Shown piece by piece: positions 55,164 through 64,000 of a stretch of 64,000 nt of DNA. A model generated the notes under the pieces. That model was not told the origin of the DNA, did no database searches, and saw only the letters and a program-made list of their open reading frames with translations. Numbering within the stretch: position 1 is the first letter of the stretch; every line of letters begins with the position of its first letter. Origin of the DNA: Candidatus Eiseniibacteriota bacterium (GTDB taxonomy: Bacteria; Eisenbacteria; RBG-16-71-46); assembly GCA_044223005.1 (NCBI GenBank), contig JBGAML010000005.1, positions 1 to 64,000 on the forward strand, read 5' to 3'. The translations under genes were made by a program, and so were the position numbers.

Positions 55164-57572
55164 TTACTTCGGCGGGCCGAGCCGCGACTCGTACGACGCG
55201 GCGAGCGCGGGCCGGCCCCACGCTCGGTAGAACTCGGCCATGCGCTTCAGGATCGCCCGGGTCACCACGTGTTCGGCGCCGAGTGCCTTCTCGTCGGCGG
55301 CGAGCGCGATGCGGAAGAGCGGCTCGGCTTCGGCATAGCGCTTCTGGTGGAACAACGCGGTGGCGATCCCGAACCGCACATAGGCCACGTCCGGGTGGTC
55401 CGGCCCCAGTTGCGGGAGCAGCCGCCGCAACGCCTCCCGGTCGCAGCGCTCCGCCTCGACGAAGTCCTTCCGCATGCCCGCGACCGCGCCCATGTTCGCG
55501 TACGTGCGGCCGACGGGCTCCGAATCGTCCCCGAGCGCCCGGCGGCGGATCTCGAGCGCCTGTGCGAGGAGCTCCGAGGTGCGGTCGAGACGCCCCATGC
55601 GGAAGTAGACGCCGCCCAGGTTCTCGATCGAGGTGGCGGTCATCGGGTGATCGGGGCCGTACACGGCTTTCGACACGTCGATGACTTCGCGAAGCGTCGA
55701 CTCGGCCGCGGCGAGGCGACCGGCCTGGCTCAGGGCCACGGCGTAGTCGGCGAGCGCGTTCTCGAGCATCCCGGAGGCGCTCGGGCGCACGCGGCGCGCG
55801 ACGCGCACGCGCTCGGCGTCCTGGGCCAGCATCGTGGTCGTGTCGTTCTCGGCGAGCGCCACGGCGGCCAGCGCCGAGCGCGCCACGCTCTCCACCTCGT
55901 CGAGATCCACGTTGCCCGTCGGGTGGCCCCGCTGGCGATCCACGATCGCCAGCATCTGGTTCGACACGGTCTTCGCCTCGGCGTTCTTCGCCTGGCTGGC
56001 CAGCGCGATCGCGAGGTTCGCGAGCGCGGTGGCCGTCTCGGGCGAGTCCTCGCCATTCGAAACGCGGTAGCGCGCGACGGCGTCCCGGGCGAGGCTTTCG
56101 GCCTCGGGATACCGGGCCTGCATGTAGGCCGACACCGACAGGGCCGACAGCGCCTGCGCGATGTCGGCACCCGCCGATCCCGGTAGTCCCGTCCGCAGCG
56201 CGATCGTGTGTCGCAGGATCGAATCGGCCACAGCGAACTCGCCGAGGCCGGCGAGCGTGTTGCCGATCGTCTGCAGCACGGCGGCCTCGATCGCGGGCTC
56301 GTTCGCGAATGCCGCGTGCGCCTGCCGCTGCGCCCCGTGCAGGGCGTCCAGCAGCGTCACCGAGCGACCGCCGTGCCGCCACGGGTCGGCGCCGCCCAGC
56401 GCGTCGATGAGGAAGCGGTTGATCGCCTCGGCCTTCTTCGCCTCGGCGGTGGCCCGATCGCGCTCGATCCGCACGCGCCGCGACTGCACGACGAACGACA
56501 CGAGCAGGCCGACCAGCAGCAGCGCGATAGTGCCGAGCGCGACGAAGCGCCCCTTGTGCCGCGACACCAGCTTGCGGACCTGGTAGCTCGCGGAGGGCGG
56601 GTGGGCGAGGATCGGCCGGTTCGCGAGGAGCCGCTCGACGTCCTCGGCGAGCGCGTCCGCGCTCGCATAGCGGCGGTCCGGCTCCTTCTCGAGCGCTTTG
56701 CCGACGATCGTCTCCAGGTCGGGATCGAGTGGCACGCCGGGAGCGCTGGCGCGCAGGCTGCGCGGCGCCGCCTCACAGATCGTCTGCAGGGCCTTGAGCA
56801 GCGGCACGCCCGCCGTGTCGTAAGGCAGGCGGCAGGTGAGCATTTCGAACAACACGACGCCCAGCGCGTAGACGTCGCTGCGCAGGTCGATGTCGCGCGA
56901 GTCGCCGCGCGTCTGCTCCGGGCTCATGTACGGCAGCGTGCCCCGGATCGCGCCCGCGTCGGTGGAGAGCGAGGCCGCGAGGTCGCCGTCGGTCACTCGC
57001 GCGAGCCCGAAGTCCAGCACCTTGACCGCGCCCTCGGGCGTCACCACGAGGTTCGACGGCTTGAGGTCGCGATGAATCACGCCGCGCTGGTGCGCGTAGT
57101 GGACGGCGCGGGCGATCGTCACGAACAGCCGCAGGCGTTCGCGCACCTGCTCGCGCACCGGGCGCTCGGCGCCGAGCTTCTCGCGCACCCACGTGCTCAG
57201 CGTCCGCCCCGGCACCAGTTCCATGGTGAAGAAGTCGAGCCCGTCTTCGGTGCGGCCCGCTTCGTAGATCGCCGCGATCGTGGGATGCGCGAGCCGGGCG
57301 AGCGTCTCGGTCTCCCGCCGGAAGAGCCGCAACGACACCTCGTCCACGAGCCGCCCGCCGCGGATCACCTTGAGCGCCACGCGGCGCTTCGGGTTCTGCT
57401 GCTCGGCCTCGTAGACGATGCCCATTCCGCCTTCGCCGAGCTTGCCCAGGATCCGGAAGCCCGCGATCTGTTCCCGGGTGGGGTTCGCGCCCGGTGCGGC
57501 CGTCGGCACGTCGCGGACGTCGAGCGTGGGATCGTCGGGCGAGGGCGGAACCGGCGGTGCGTCGTCGGCCAT
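55164..57572 (-). CDS. Ser/Thr protein kinase with TM and TPR domain
   Basis: LGEGGMGIVY, VALK, HRDLKPSN, DFGLA, YMSPEQ, DVYALG, C-terminal TPRs. Confidence 0.95.
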   Translation of the reverse strand: MADDAPPVPPSPDDPTLDVRDVPTAAPGANPTREQIAGFRILGKLGEGGMGIVYEAEQQNPKRRVALKVIRGGRLVDEVSLRLFRRETETLARLAHPTIAAIYEAGRTEDGLDFFTMELVPGRTLSTWVREKLGAERPVREQVRERLRLFVTIARAVHYAHQRGVIHRDLKPSNLVVTPEGAVKVLDFGLARVTDGDLAASLSTDAGAIRGTLPYMSPEQTRGDSRDIDLRSDVYALGVVLFEMLTCRLPYDTAGVPLLKALQTICEAAPRSLRASAPGVPLDPDLETIVGKALEKEPDRRYASADALAEDVERLLANRPILAHPPSASYQVRKLVSRHKGRFVALGTIALLLVGLLVSFVVQSRRVRIERDRATAEAKKAEAINRFLIDALGGADPWRHGGRSVTLLDALHGAQRQAHAAFANEPAIEAAVLQTIGNTLAGLGEFAVADSILRHTIALRTGLPGSAGADIAQALSALSVSAYMQARYPEAESLARDAVARYRVSNGEDSPETATALANLAIALASQAKNAEAKTVSNQMLAIVDRQRGHPTGNVDLDEVESVARSALAAVALAENDTTTMLAQDAERVRVARRVRPSASGMLENALADYAVALSQAGRLAAAESTLREVIDVSKAVYGPDHPMTATSIENLGGVYFRMGRLDRTSELLAQALEIRRRALGDDSEPVGRTYANMGAVAGMRKDFVEAERCDREALRRLLPQLGPDHPDVAYVRFGIATALFHQKRYAEAEPLFRIALAADEKALGAEHVVTRAILKRMAEFYRAWGRPALAASYESRLGPPK

Positions 57573-57754
57573 GATCGGACTCCCGGGGAGGAGTGGCGCG
57601 CGCGCCACCGGTCGCGGGGCGCGAGTCATCGGGAGCGGCACGCTACCGTTCGCGTGAAGGATTCCCAAGCACAATCGCCCGCCGCCACCGGCCGGGGCTT
57701 CGGCACCGACGGAGCAGCGCACGCGCCCGGTCATGAGGTAACGTGCTCGCCGCC

Positions 57755-58807
57755 ATGTCCGACACGCCCGAGCAGGATCCTCCGCGCCGCCGGCGCCCGC
57801 GCTATGCGGGCACGCATCCGCGCCGGTTCGAGGAGAAGTACAAGGAGCTCGCGCCCGAGCAGTATCCGGGCATCGTCGAGCACGTCCGCGCCAAGGGCCG
57901 AACGCCTGCCGGGCAGCACGTGCCGATCCTCGTCGCGGAGATCCTCGACGTCCTCGCGCCGCGCCCGGGGGAGCGGGCCGTGGACGCGACCCTGGGCTGG
58001 GGCGGTCATGCCGAACGGCTGCTCGAACGGCTACGGCCGGGCGGTGCGCTGCTCGGCCTCGACGCCGATCCGGTGCAGCTGCCGCGCGCCGAGGCCCGGC
58101 TGCGCGCGCTCGGCTTCGGCGTCGAGGAGTTCGGTGTGCTCCGCACCAACTTCGCGGGGCTCGCGGCGGCGATCGCGACGCGGGGCTGGAGCGACGGCGT
58201 GGACGTCGTCCTCGCGGACCTGGGACTTTCGTCCATGCAGATCGACGATCCCGCGCGTGGGTTCACGTTCGCCGACGACGGGCCGCTCGACATGCGCATG
58301 AATCCCGCCCGCGGCCTGCCGGCCGCCGACTGGCTCGCGCGCGTGAGCGAGCCCGAGCTCGCGCGCGTGCTCGCGGAGAACGCCGACGAGCCGCTCGCCG
58401 AACGCATCGCGACGGAGCTCGCGCGGAGGGCCGCGGCACTCCGCACGACCCGCGCTTTGGCGGACGCCGTGCGGGACGCGGTCACCGGGCACGCCCGCCC
58501 CGAGGACGCCGACGATCACGTGCGGCGGACGTTCCAGGCCGTCCGCATCGCGATCAACGACGAGTTCGGGGCGCTCGAGGCCTTCCTGAGGGCACTGCCG
58601 GGCAGCGTGCGTCCCGGTGGCCGTGTGGCGATCCTCTCGTTCCACTCCGGCGAGGACCGGCGCGTGAAGCACGCGTTCGCGGACGGGCGCCGCGACGGCA
58701 CATGGAGCGAGGTCGCGGCCGACGTGGTGCGCGCGGGCCCACAGGAGCGGCGGGACAATCCGCGGTCGCGCCCGGCCAAGCTGCGCTGGGCCCGACGCGC
58801 GGGCTGA
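57755..58807 (+). CDS. rsmH: 16S rRNA m4C1402 methyltransferase family protein with N-terminal extension
   Basis: HVPIL, DATLGWGGH, DLGLSSMQID, PLDMRM, FQAVRIAIN, SFHSGEDR, NPRSR.AKLR. Confidence 0.88.
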   Translation: MSDTPEQDPPRRRRPRYAGTHPRRFEEKYKELAPEQYPGIVEHVRAKGRTPAGQHVPILVAEILDVLAPRPGERAVDATLGWGGHAERLLERLRPGGALLGLDADPVQLPRAEARLRALGFGVEEFGVLRTNFAGLAAAIATRGWSDGVDVVLADLGLSSMQIDDPARGFTFADDGPLDMRMNPARGLPAADWLARVSEPELARVLAENADEPLAERIATELARRAAALRTTRALADAVRDAVTGHARPEDADDHVRRTFQAVRIAINDEFGALEAFLRALPGSVRPGGRVAILSFHSGEDRRVKHAFADGRRDGTWSEVAADVVRAGPQERRDNPRSRPAKLRWARRAG

Positions 58808-58813
58808 AGCGGC

Positions 58814-59227
58814 TCAGCAGCGCAGCGCGCGCCGGATCACGAGGCGCAAGCCCGACCAGGTGTCGTCGATCGCACACACCTTGTTGTCCACGAGGCCGGT
58901 CGGCAGCGCGATCGCGCGCACGACGTTCTCCGTGACGTCGGTCTCGACGCCGGAGCTCTTCTTCGGCCACGCGACCCAGAAGCCCGCGGCGGGCGCCATG
59001 CGCCGGCGAACGGCCGCGAGGCGCCGCTCGAGGTCGGCGCGTCGGGTCACGAACAGCACCACGACGTCCAGCGGGAGCCGGCCGCGCAGGTCGGAACTGC
59101 GTTCGACGTCGTCCGGCAACTCGCCGAGCGTGCGCTCGAAGCCTCCCGGCGCGTCGAGCACGGCGAGGCGCACGCCGGCGACGATGCCGAGCTTGCGGGG
59201 GAGTGGAGTTCCGGAGTAGCCGGCCAT
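58814..59227 (-). CDS. DUF3052 family protein
   Basis: MAGYSGTPLPRKLGI, WVAWPKKSSGV, GLVDNKVCAID..WSGL. Confidence 0.88.
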   Translation of the reverse strand: MAGYSGTPLPRKLGIVAGVRLAVLDAPGGFERTLGELPDDVERSSDLRGRLPLDVVVLFVTRRADLERRLAAVRRRMAPAAGFWVAWPKKSSGVETDVTENVVRAIALPTGLVDNKVCAIDDTWSGLRLVIRRALRC

Positions 59228-59702
59228 GACGTGACCTCGGGCGGCGGAACGGCGGCGCATGTCGATCGAGCACTCGCGTCGATCGATGCGAACTCGCGCG
59301 ACGCGATCTCCACGAAGGTAGCATGGAGCCGGCGGGCCGAGCGACGCACGTCTGGAGCACTGGCTCCGAACGCGACCGCACGCGCTCGCCCGGCCACGAG
59401 TTCGTGCGCCGGCTCGCGCTCGTGTCCCGAGCCCCAGCGCCGGGCGATCGCCGAACCCGGGGTCCCGCACCTCGGCGCAGGGGGCCCGGCCGCGTCCCGA
59501 CGCGAGCCACCCCGCGGCCGACGGAGTTCGCCGGCCCGCCCGAACGCTGTTTGCGAGGCGTACACCTCCTCGGTCAGCGGGACCCGCCCCGGAAAAGTTC
59601 CTTGTGATCCGGACGCTCGGAGTGGATTTCACTTTCAAGGCCTCGTCTCGCCCCGCGCTCGCTTCGGATCGGTCCATCGCCTTCCACCTCGGGAGATGTG
59701 TC

Positions 59703-60236
59703 ATGCGCCGCCCATCCCGTTTCGCACCCTGGATCGCCTGGATCCCCGGGCTCGTCCTCACCTGCCTCGCCTGTGCCGACGTGGGCGCTGCGGAGGGCGT
59801 CGCACGCCGGAACACCCCCACTCGTGCTCCGGCCGGCGCCGCGTCGCTGACGCTGTCGCCGGGCTGGACGCTCACCGACTACGAACTCCTGCCGCCTCCC
59901 GCGACCGACGCCGCCCCGGTGCGCCCCCGGCGCACGACGCCGTTCGGCCGCACGCTGGATTCGCTGGTCGCGGACCGCGAGCTACGCCTGGCCGTGATTC
60001 GCGACCGGCTCGCGTCGACGCCGCCCGGTGACGCGCGCGAAGCCCTGCACCGCGAAGGCGCCGAGATCAAGGATGCGTTCGACCTCGCGCTGCTCGACGC
60101 GCAGCGAGGCGAGGCGTTGGCGCGCGGTCGCATCGACGCCGTACGGGAGATCGACCGGATGCGTGCCGCGCTCGCCGGGCTGCGCGCCGCCCGGCACGCC
60201 GGTGAGAGGCGCACGATCACCGGGAGCGCGCGATGA
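59703..60236 (+). CDS. Small exported helical hypothetical protein
   Basis: Hydrophobic N-terminus, helical C-half; ATGA overlap with next gene. Confidence 0.6.
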   Translation: MRRPSRFAPWIAWIPGLVLTCLACADVGAAEGVARRNTPTRAPAGAASLTLSPGWTLTDYELLPPPATDAAPVRPRRTTPFGRTLDSLVADRELRLAVIRDRLASTPPGDAREALHREGAEIKDAFDLALLDAQRGEALARGRIDAVREIDRMRAALAGLRAARHAGERRTITGSAR

Positions 60237-63200
60237 GCGGGTCACGCGGCCTCCTTGCCGGCGTCCTGGCATTGCTGTTCGCGATCTCCTCCGTGGCGCC
60301 GCGAGCGGGCGCCACCGTGTCCTCGGGCCCTGCCGTCCTCCTCGATTCACTCTCGGCCCTGGTCGAGGGGCGTGGGGGAGTGCTGCGCCTCTCGCTGCAT
60401 GGCGGCGTCGGCTCCTTGCGTGGGATCGAGGTCCTGCGCGACGGCGTTCCCTGCGCGGTCCGCGGGGCGAGCGAGGCGTCGCTCGGCAGCACCGTCCCGC
60501 TGGATTTCGAAGTCCCCGGCGGTTCACCGGTGAGCGAGGTCATCGTTCGCGGCACGCTCGAGGGCCGTCCCTTCGCGCAGCGCTTCGACCTCCACGCGAC
60601 CGGCATCGCGCGAGCCCTGGCGCAGGCCTCGGACCCGCGGCGCGACCTCCAGCTGCAGGCGCCTCGCCCGGCCTCCGCGACCGCTGCGACCGCCTCCACG
60701 ATCCGCGTGCATGGTTCGCTCGGTGTGCTCCGGCCCGATGGCCGCGTCGTGCCCGCCGAAGGCGCTTACCTGCGGGTATTCGAGGCGTCGCCGCCCCGGG
60801 CGAGGGTGTTGCTCGCGGGCTACGGCTACACGGACTCCACGGGCGCATTCGACTTCACCGTGGCGTGGACCGAGCCGTACGTCCCGCAGCTCGCGGTCGC
60901 GGCCTTCGCGCACGCGAGCGATTCGATGGTCGTCCTCGCTCCGGATGGCGGGGAGATCGCCTTCCTCACGCCGTACCGGGCCGTTCCGGGCAGCGACCTG
61001 AGCCTCTCGTCGCTCACCATCCTCGAACGCTCGGGCCCGGCGTTCTACCTGCTCACGCTTCTCGAGGAGATCCGCCGCTGGAGCACCCGGCTCGGCTTCC
61101 GGCCGCCGGCCGTCAAGACCTACCTGGGCATGCCCTCGACGTACGAGCAGAACGGTTTCGGCATCGCCGTCGCGGACGATGATCGGTGGAGCGAGTGGGT
61201 GATCGCGCACGAATACGCCCACCACTGGTCCGCGACGTTCAACCCCGGCGCCAGCGTGGACACGTATGCGAACGGGGTCTGCGATGGTGCGGGGGGCAAC
61301 GAGGACGGCCACTGCATCTGGTGCGCCGAAACCGCACGCGTCGCCTGGCTCGAGGGTTTCGCCGACTACTTCGCCGACCGCTTCACGGAGCAGAAGACGG
61401 GCTATGCCGCGCTGCCGCTGACCGGGGATCTCCCGACGGGCGGACTCGAGGCCATCCAGGAGTGCGTCGAGCCGGGGGGAGCGAGTTCGCCCGGAAGCAA
61501 GATCGAGGGCCGGGTCGGTGCCGTGCTCTACGATCTCGCCGACTCGGCGCCCGACGTGACGCCGGTCGTCCCGGTCGGAGGCGATCGCATCGCCTACGGA
61601 GACGCCGCGATCCTCCAGTTCGTCAACACGACCAACCCGTCGACGATCTGGACCTTCATGCACGCCGAGGTCGCGGCGCACCCCGCCGACGCGCACGACC
61701 TCTGGTTGACGGCGATCAACGACAGCCTCGACTTCGACGAGGCTCCACCCGCCGTCCCGGGCACGCTCACTTGCACGGACCACACTGCAGCTCCGAGCAC
61801 GGACGCCACGCTCAACATGACGTGGACGCGCCCCGACGACGACGGCTCCGGCGTGGTGGCGTACGCGTACGCGGTCGGCCTCGGCGCGCCGCCCGCGGTG
61901 CCGACGACCGCCAATCTCGGGGACGTGACGTCGTGGGCGAGCCAGCCGCTGAGCCCGGGCAACTGGTACTTCGGCATTCGCGCCGTGGACGGCACCGGCC
62001 ACTGGGGCCCGACGGCGACCGCCGGTCCCTTCGGGATCGGGCCTCTGGGGGCCCCGGACCTTCAACCGTATACGCCGGACGGGTGGGCCGGCTCCTTCGT
62101 TCCGCGCGCGACCGCGGACGCCGGAGAGTCGAACGTGATCGCGCCCACGGCACCCTTGCCGGCCGCACCGGCTGCGATCTACGTCAACTTCGCGTGGGCC
62201 AACTTTGCCGCGGCGAGCTCGCCCGCGCCGCGGGTCAACCTCATCGTCAACGACCCCGGCGACTACAACGGGTCACTCTTCTACTCGGGCGCGGCACTGC
62301 CTGCCCTCACGTACAGCGACGTGATCAACGTGCCGTTGACCGGCCTCGCCGGCCAACGCGGCACGATGGGCATCTACGTCGACGGGATCGGCGCGATCGC
62401 CGAGAGCAACGAGACGGACAACACCTATGCTCGCCAGTGGGTCATCCAGCCCCTCAACCTGACGGGCGCCGGGCTGGTGCGGCGCTCGCGCCCGATGCTC
62501 GCCCTCGCGTCGCGTCCCGACCTACCTGCAGGGGCGCCGCCCTATCCGAACGTCGCGGGCTTCACCTTCACGCCCTCGACGCGATTCAACGCGGTCACAC
62601 TGCGATCGAAGCGGGGGGCCGACTACGACCTCCGGCTCTATCCGCCGAGCACGAGTGCGGACTCCGGGCTCGGCATTCCCGTCGCCGCATCCGAGCGCGT
62701 CGGCGACCTCGACGCGATCTTCGTGGACCGAGACCAGCCGGGAAACAACCATCCCTGGGACGTCGGCGTCCTGCGCTATGTCAACGCGGCGGTGGACGAT
62801 TCGCTCTATGTCGAGCACGTTCCTTCGCAGACCATCGCGTGGAACGCGCCGACGGCGGTGGCGTTCGGGCAGGACGAATCGCTGCGCCTGATCGAGGTCC
62901 CGGTGCCTGCGGGCGACCTCGATGTGGCGTACCAGGTCCAGGTGGGTGGCGCCACGCCGGCGACGACGCCGGTTCGCATCGCTCGCGTCGAGGATTTCCG
63001 CGGCCCGATCTTACCGCTCGCGAGCCTGCCGAATCAGGCGGCGAGCGGAGCAGACGGGCTGGCGCGCATCGTGGAGCATCGATCCACCAATGCGGTGTTC
63101 ACCGAGTGCCTCGCGGTCTACCGAGAGGCGTGGTTCGGGACCGGACCGCTCACCGTCACGGTGACGGTGCGGCCCGCGACCGCGGCGGTGGCCGCGCAGG

Positions 63201-64000
63201 CCCCGCCCGGATGGTACTCGCCGCTGGTGCCGCGCCCCGCAGCGGACGGCAGCGACCTGTCGGTACCGTCGCCCGCGATCCTGCAGGGGGACGCCGCGGG
63301 AACATGGCTCAACTTCGCCGTCGCGAACGCCAGCGAGTTCTCGCCGTTGGCGCCGCCTCGGATCGAGACGGCGGCCGCCGCGGCGACGGCCGCGGCCTTC
63401 GACGTCGTCGTCCATCTCGACGGCGTGCGGCTCACGAGCGCCGCCTCCAACCCGCTCGCGACGGGTCCATACCAGTTCTTCCACCCGGCCGTCCCGTACG
63501 CCGTGCGCGGCGGACGCCACACGCTGACGTTCGCGGCGGATTCCGCGCACGTCCTCACGGGCTCGAACGCCACGAACGACATCTATGGCCAGTCCTGGGT
63601 CTGGACGCCGGCGACGCTGGCGCCGGGCTCGGTCACCACGCGCACGGCGCCGCCCGATCCCGCGGGCGGCTTCGCGGAACTCCGGGCCGAGCCGTACGGA
63701 TTCGCCGACTGCGACGGACTGCGACTGCCGGCACCGGTATTCGCCGGGCAGAACGGACGCTGGCAGGCGTTCGCCGCGGTTCCGGGCGCCGCGAGCGCAC
63801 TGCGCCTCGATGCGTTCGAGGCCTCGACCGGCGCCACGTCGGGCTTCGACACGACGCGCGCGACCTGCCTGAAGCCGGTGGGTGAGACCGGGTACCTGCT
63901 CGGCGACTTCATCACGGCGACGCCGCGGGCGTTCGACGTGGGCATCCAGAACGCTGGCGGAGGCGAGAACTTCACCGCCGAGACCGCCGCGTCCACGTTC
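60233..64000 (+). CDS. Large secreted zinc metalloprotease with Fn3- and CARDB-like domains (3' truncated; not in ORF track)
   Basis: ATG 60233; same frame confirmed at several checkpoints to the window end: MSGSRGLLAGVLALLFA signal, IAHEYAHHW, AWLEGFADY, WYFGIRAVDGTGHWG (Fn3), IAESNETDN (CARDB). Confidence 0.85.
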   Translation, partial: MSGSRGLLAGVLALLFAISSVAPRAGATVSSGPAVLLDSLSALVEGRGGVLRLSLHGGVGSLRGIEVLRDGVPCAVRGASEASLGSTVPLDFEVPGGSPVSEVIVRGTLEGRPFAQRFDLHATGIARALAQASDPRRDLQLQAPRPASATAATASTIRVHGSLGVLRPDGRVVPAEGAYLRVFEASPPRARVLLAGYGYTDSTGAFDFTVAWTEPYVPQLAVAAFAHASDSMVVLAPDGGEIAFLTPYRAVPGSDLSLSSLTILERSGPAFYLLTLLEEIRRWSTRLGFRPPAVKTYLGMPSTYEQNGFGIAVADDDRWSEWVIAHEYAHHWSATFNPGASVDTYANGVCDGAGGNEDGHCIWCAETARVAWLEGFADYFADRFTEQKTGYAALPLTGDLPTGGLEAIQECVEPGGASSPGSKIEGRVGAVLYDLADSAPDVTPVVPVGGDRIAYGDAAILQFVNTTNPSTIWTFMHAEVAAHPADAHDLWLTAINDSLDFDEAPPAVPGTLTCTDHTAAPSTDATLNMTWTRPDDDGSGVVAYAYAVGLGAPPAVPTTANLGDVTSWASQPLSPGNWYFGIRAVDGTGHWGPTATAGPFGIGPLGAPDLQPYTPDGWAGSFVPRATADAGESNVIAPTAPLPAAPAAIYVNFAWANFAAASSPAPRVNLIVNDPGDYNGSLFYSGAALPALTYSDVINVPLTGLAGQRGTMGIYVDGIGAIAESNETDNTYARQWVIQPLNLTGAGLVRRSRPMLALASRPDLPAGAPPYPNVAGFTFTPSTRFNAVTLRSKRGADYDLRLYPPSTSADSGLGIPVAASERVGDLDAIFVDRDQPGNNHPWDVGVLRYVNAAVDDSLYVEHVPSQTIAWNAPTAVAFGQDESLRLIEVPVPAGDLDVAYQVQVGGATPATTPVRIARVEDFRGPILPLASLPNQAASGADGLARIVEHRSTNAVFTECLAVYREAWFGTGPLTVTVTVRPATAAVAAQAPPGWYSPLVPRPAADGSDLSVPSPAILQGDAAGTWLNFAVANASEFSPLAPPRIETAAAAATAAAFDVVVHLDGVRLTSAASNPLATGPYQFFHPAVPYAVRGGRHTLTFAADSAHVLTGSNATNDIYGQSWVWTPATLAPGSVTTRTAPPDPAGGFAELRAEPYGFADCDGLRLPAPVFAGQNGRWQAFAAVPGAASALRLDAFEASTGATSGFDTTRATCLKPVGETGYLLGDFITATPRAFDVGIQNAGGGENFTAETAASTF

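Noticed and set aside
59230..59700. 470-bp spacer as a possible ncRNA or small gene
   Set aside because: No recognisable RNA motif or convincing coding signal; consistent with a divergent promoter region.
1038..63885. Many long Arg/Ala/Pro-rich ORFs in the track (e.g. 1038-4229, 9816-12821, 49726-52413, 61186-63885) and long N-terminal extensions of real genes
   Set aside because: Shadow frames caused by very high GC. They overlap well-supported genes and have no motifs. Real starts were reassigned using RBS, signal peptides and stop/start overlaps.
1..64000. rRNA, tRNA, CRISPR arrays, prophage or integrase genes
   Set aside because: None recognised by eye; a covariance-model scan would be needed to fully exclude small RNAs.

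Overview
Very GC-rich bacterial window. FlgD-like C-terminal domains and a recurrent C-terminal TWGxLKxxYR tail suggest a Gram-negative lineage like Candidatus Eisenbacteria/Latescibacteria (inference only). About 57 real genes are present; most long ORFs in the supplied track are GC-rich shadow frames. The centrepiece is a ~19.5 kb, 19-gene, translationally coupled minus-strand operon (25317->5844). It joins (i) a redox module: a CX5CH lipoprotein, a hydrazine-synthase-alpha-like diheme beta-propeller lipoprotein, TlpA, DUF4266 and DUF3570 with a flavinylation-like motif; (ii) several outer-membrane barrels and an NHL/FlgD protein; and (iii) a myxobacterial Agl-Glt-like trans-envelope machine (giant TPR, TPR, GltF-like, ExbB/ExbD/ExbD, AgmX/TonB-C). 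A MATE-like transporter plus ApbE flavin transferase sit directly upstream. Other highlights: three unrelated secreted proteins ending in [ST]TWGxLKxxYR (candidate sorting signal); tandem FNR boxes next to an Fnr-type regulator; a CarH-type B12 photoreceptor divergent from a furan/modified fatty acid cluster, with a candidate 11-bp-repeat operator; a sigma54-type promoter before a glycosylation cassette; a di-heme peroxidase with a FlgD tail; a GlnRS with an insertion; and a large HExxH metalloprotease, absent from the ORF track, running off the right edge. No rRNA, tRNA or CRISPR array was seen. All family calls are from motif recognition by eye, not database searches.
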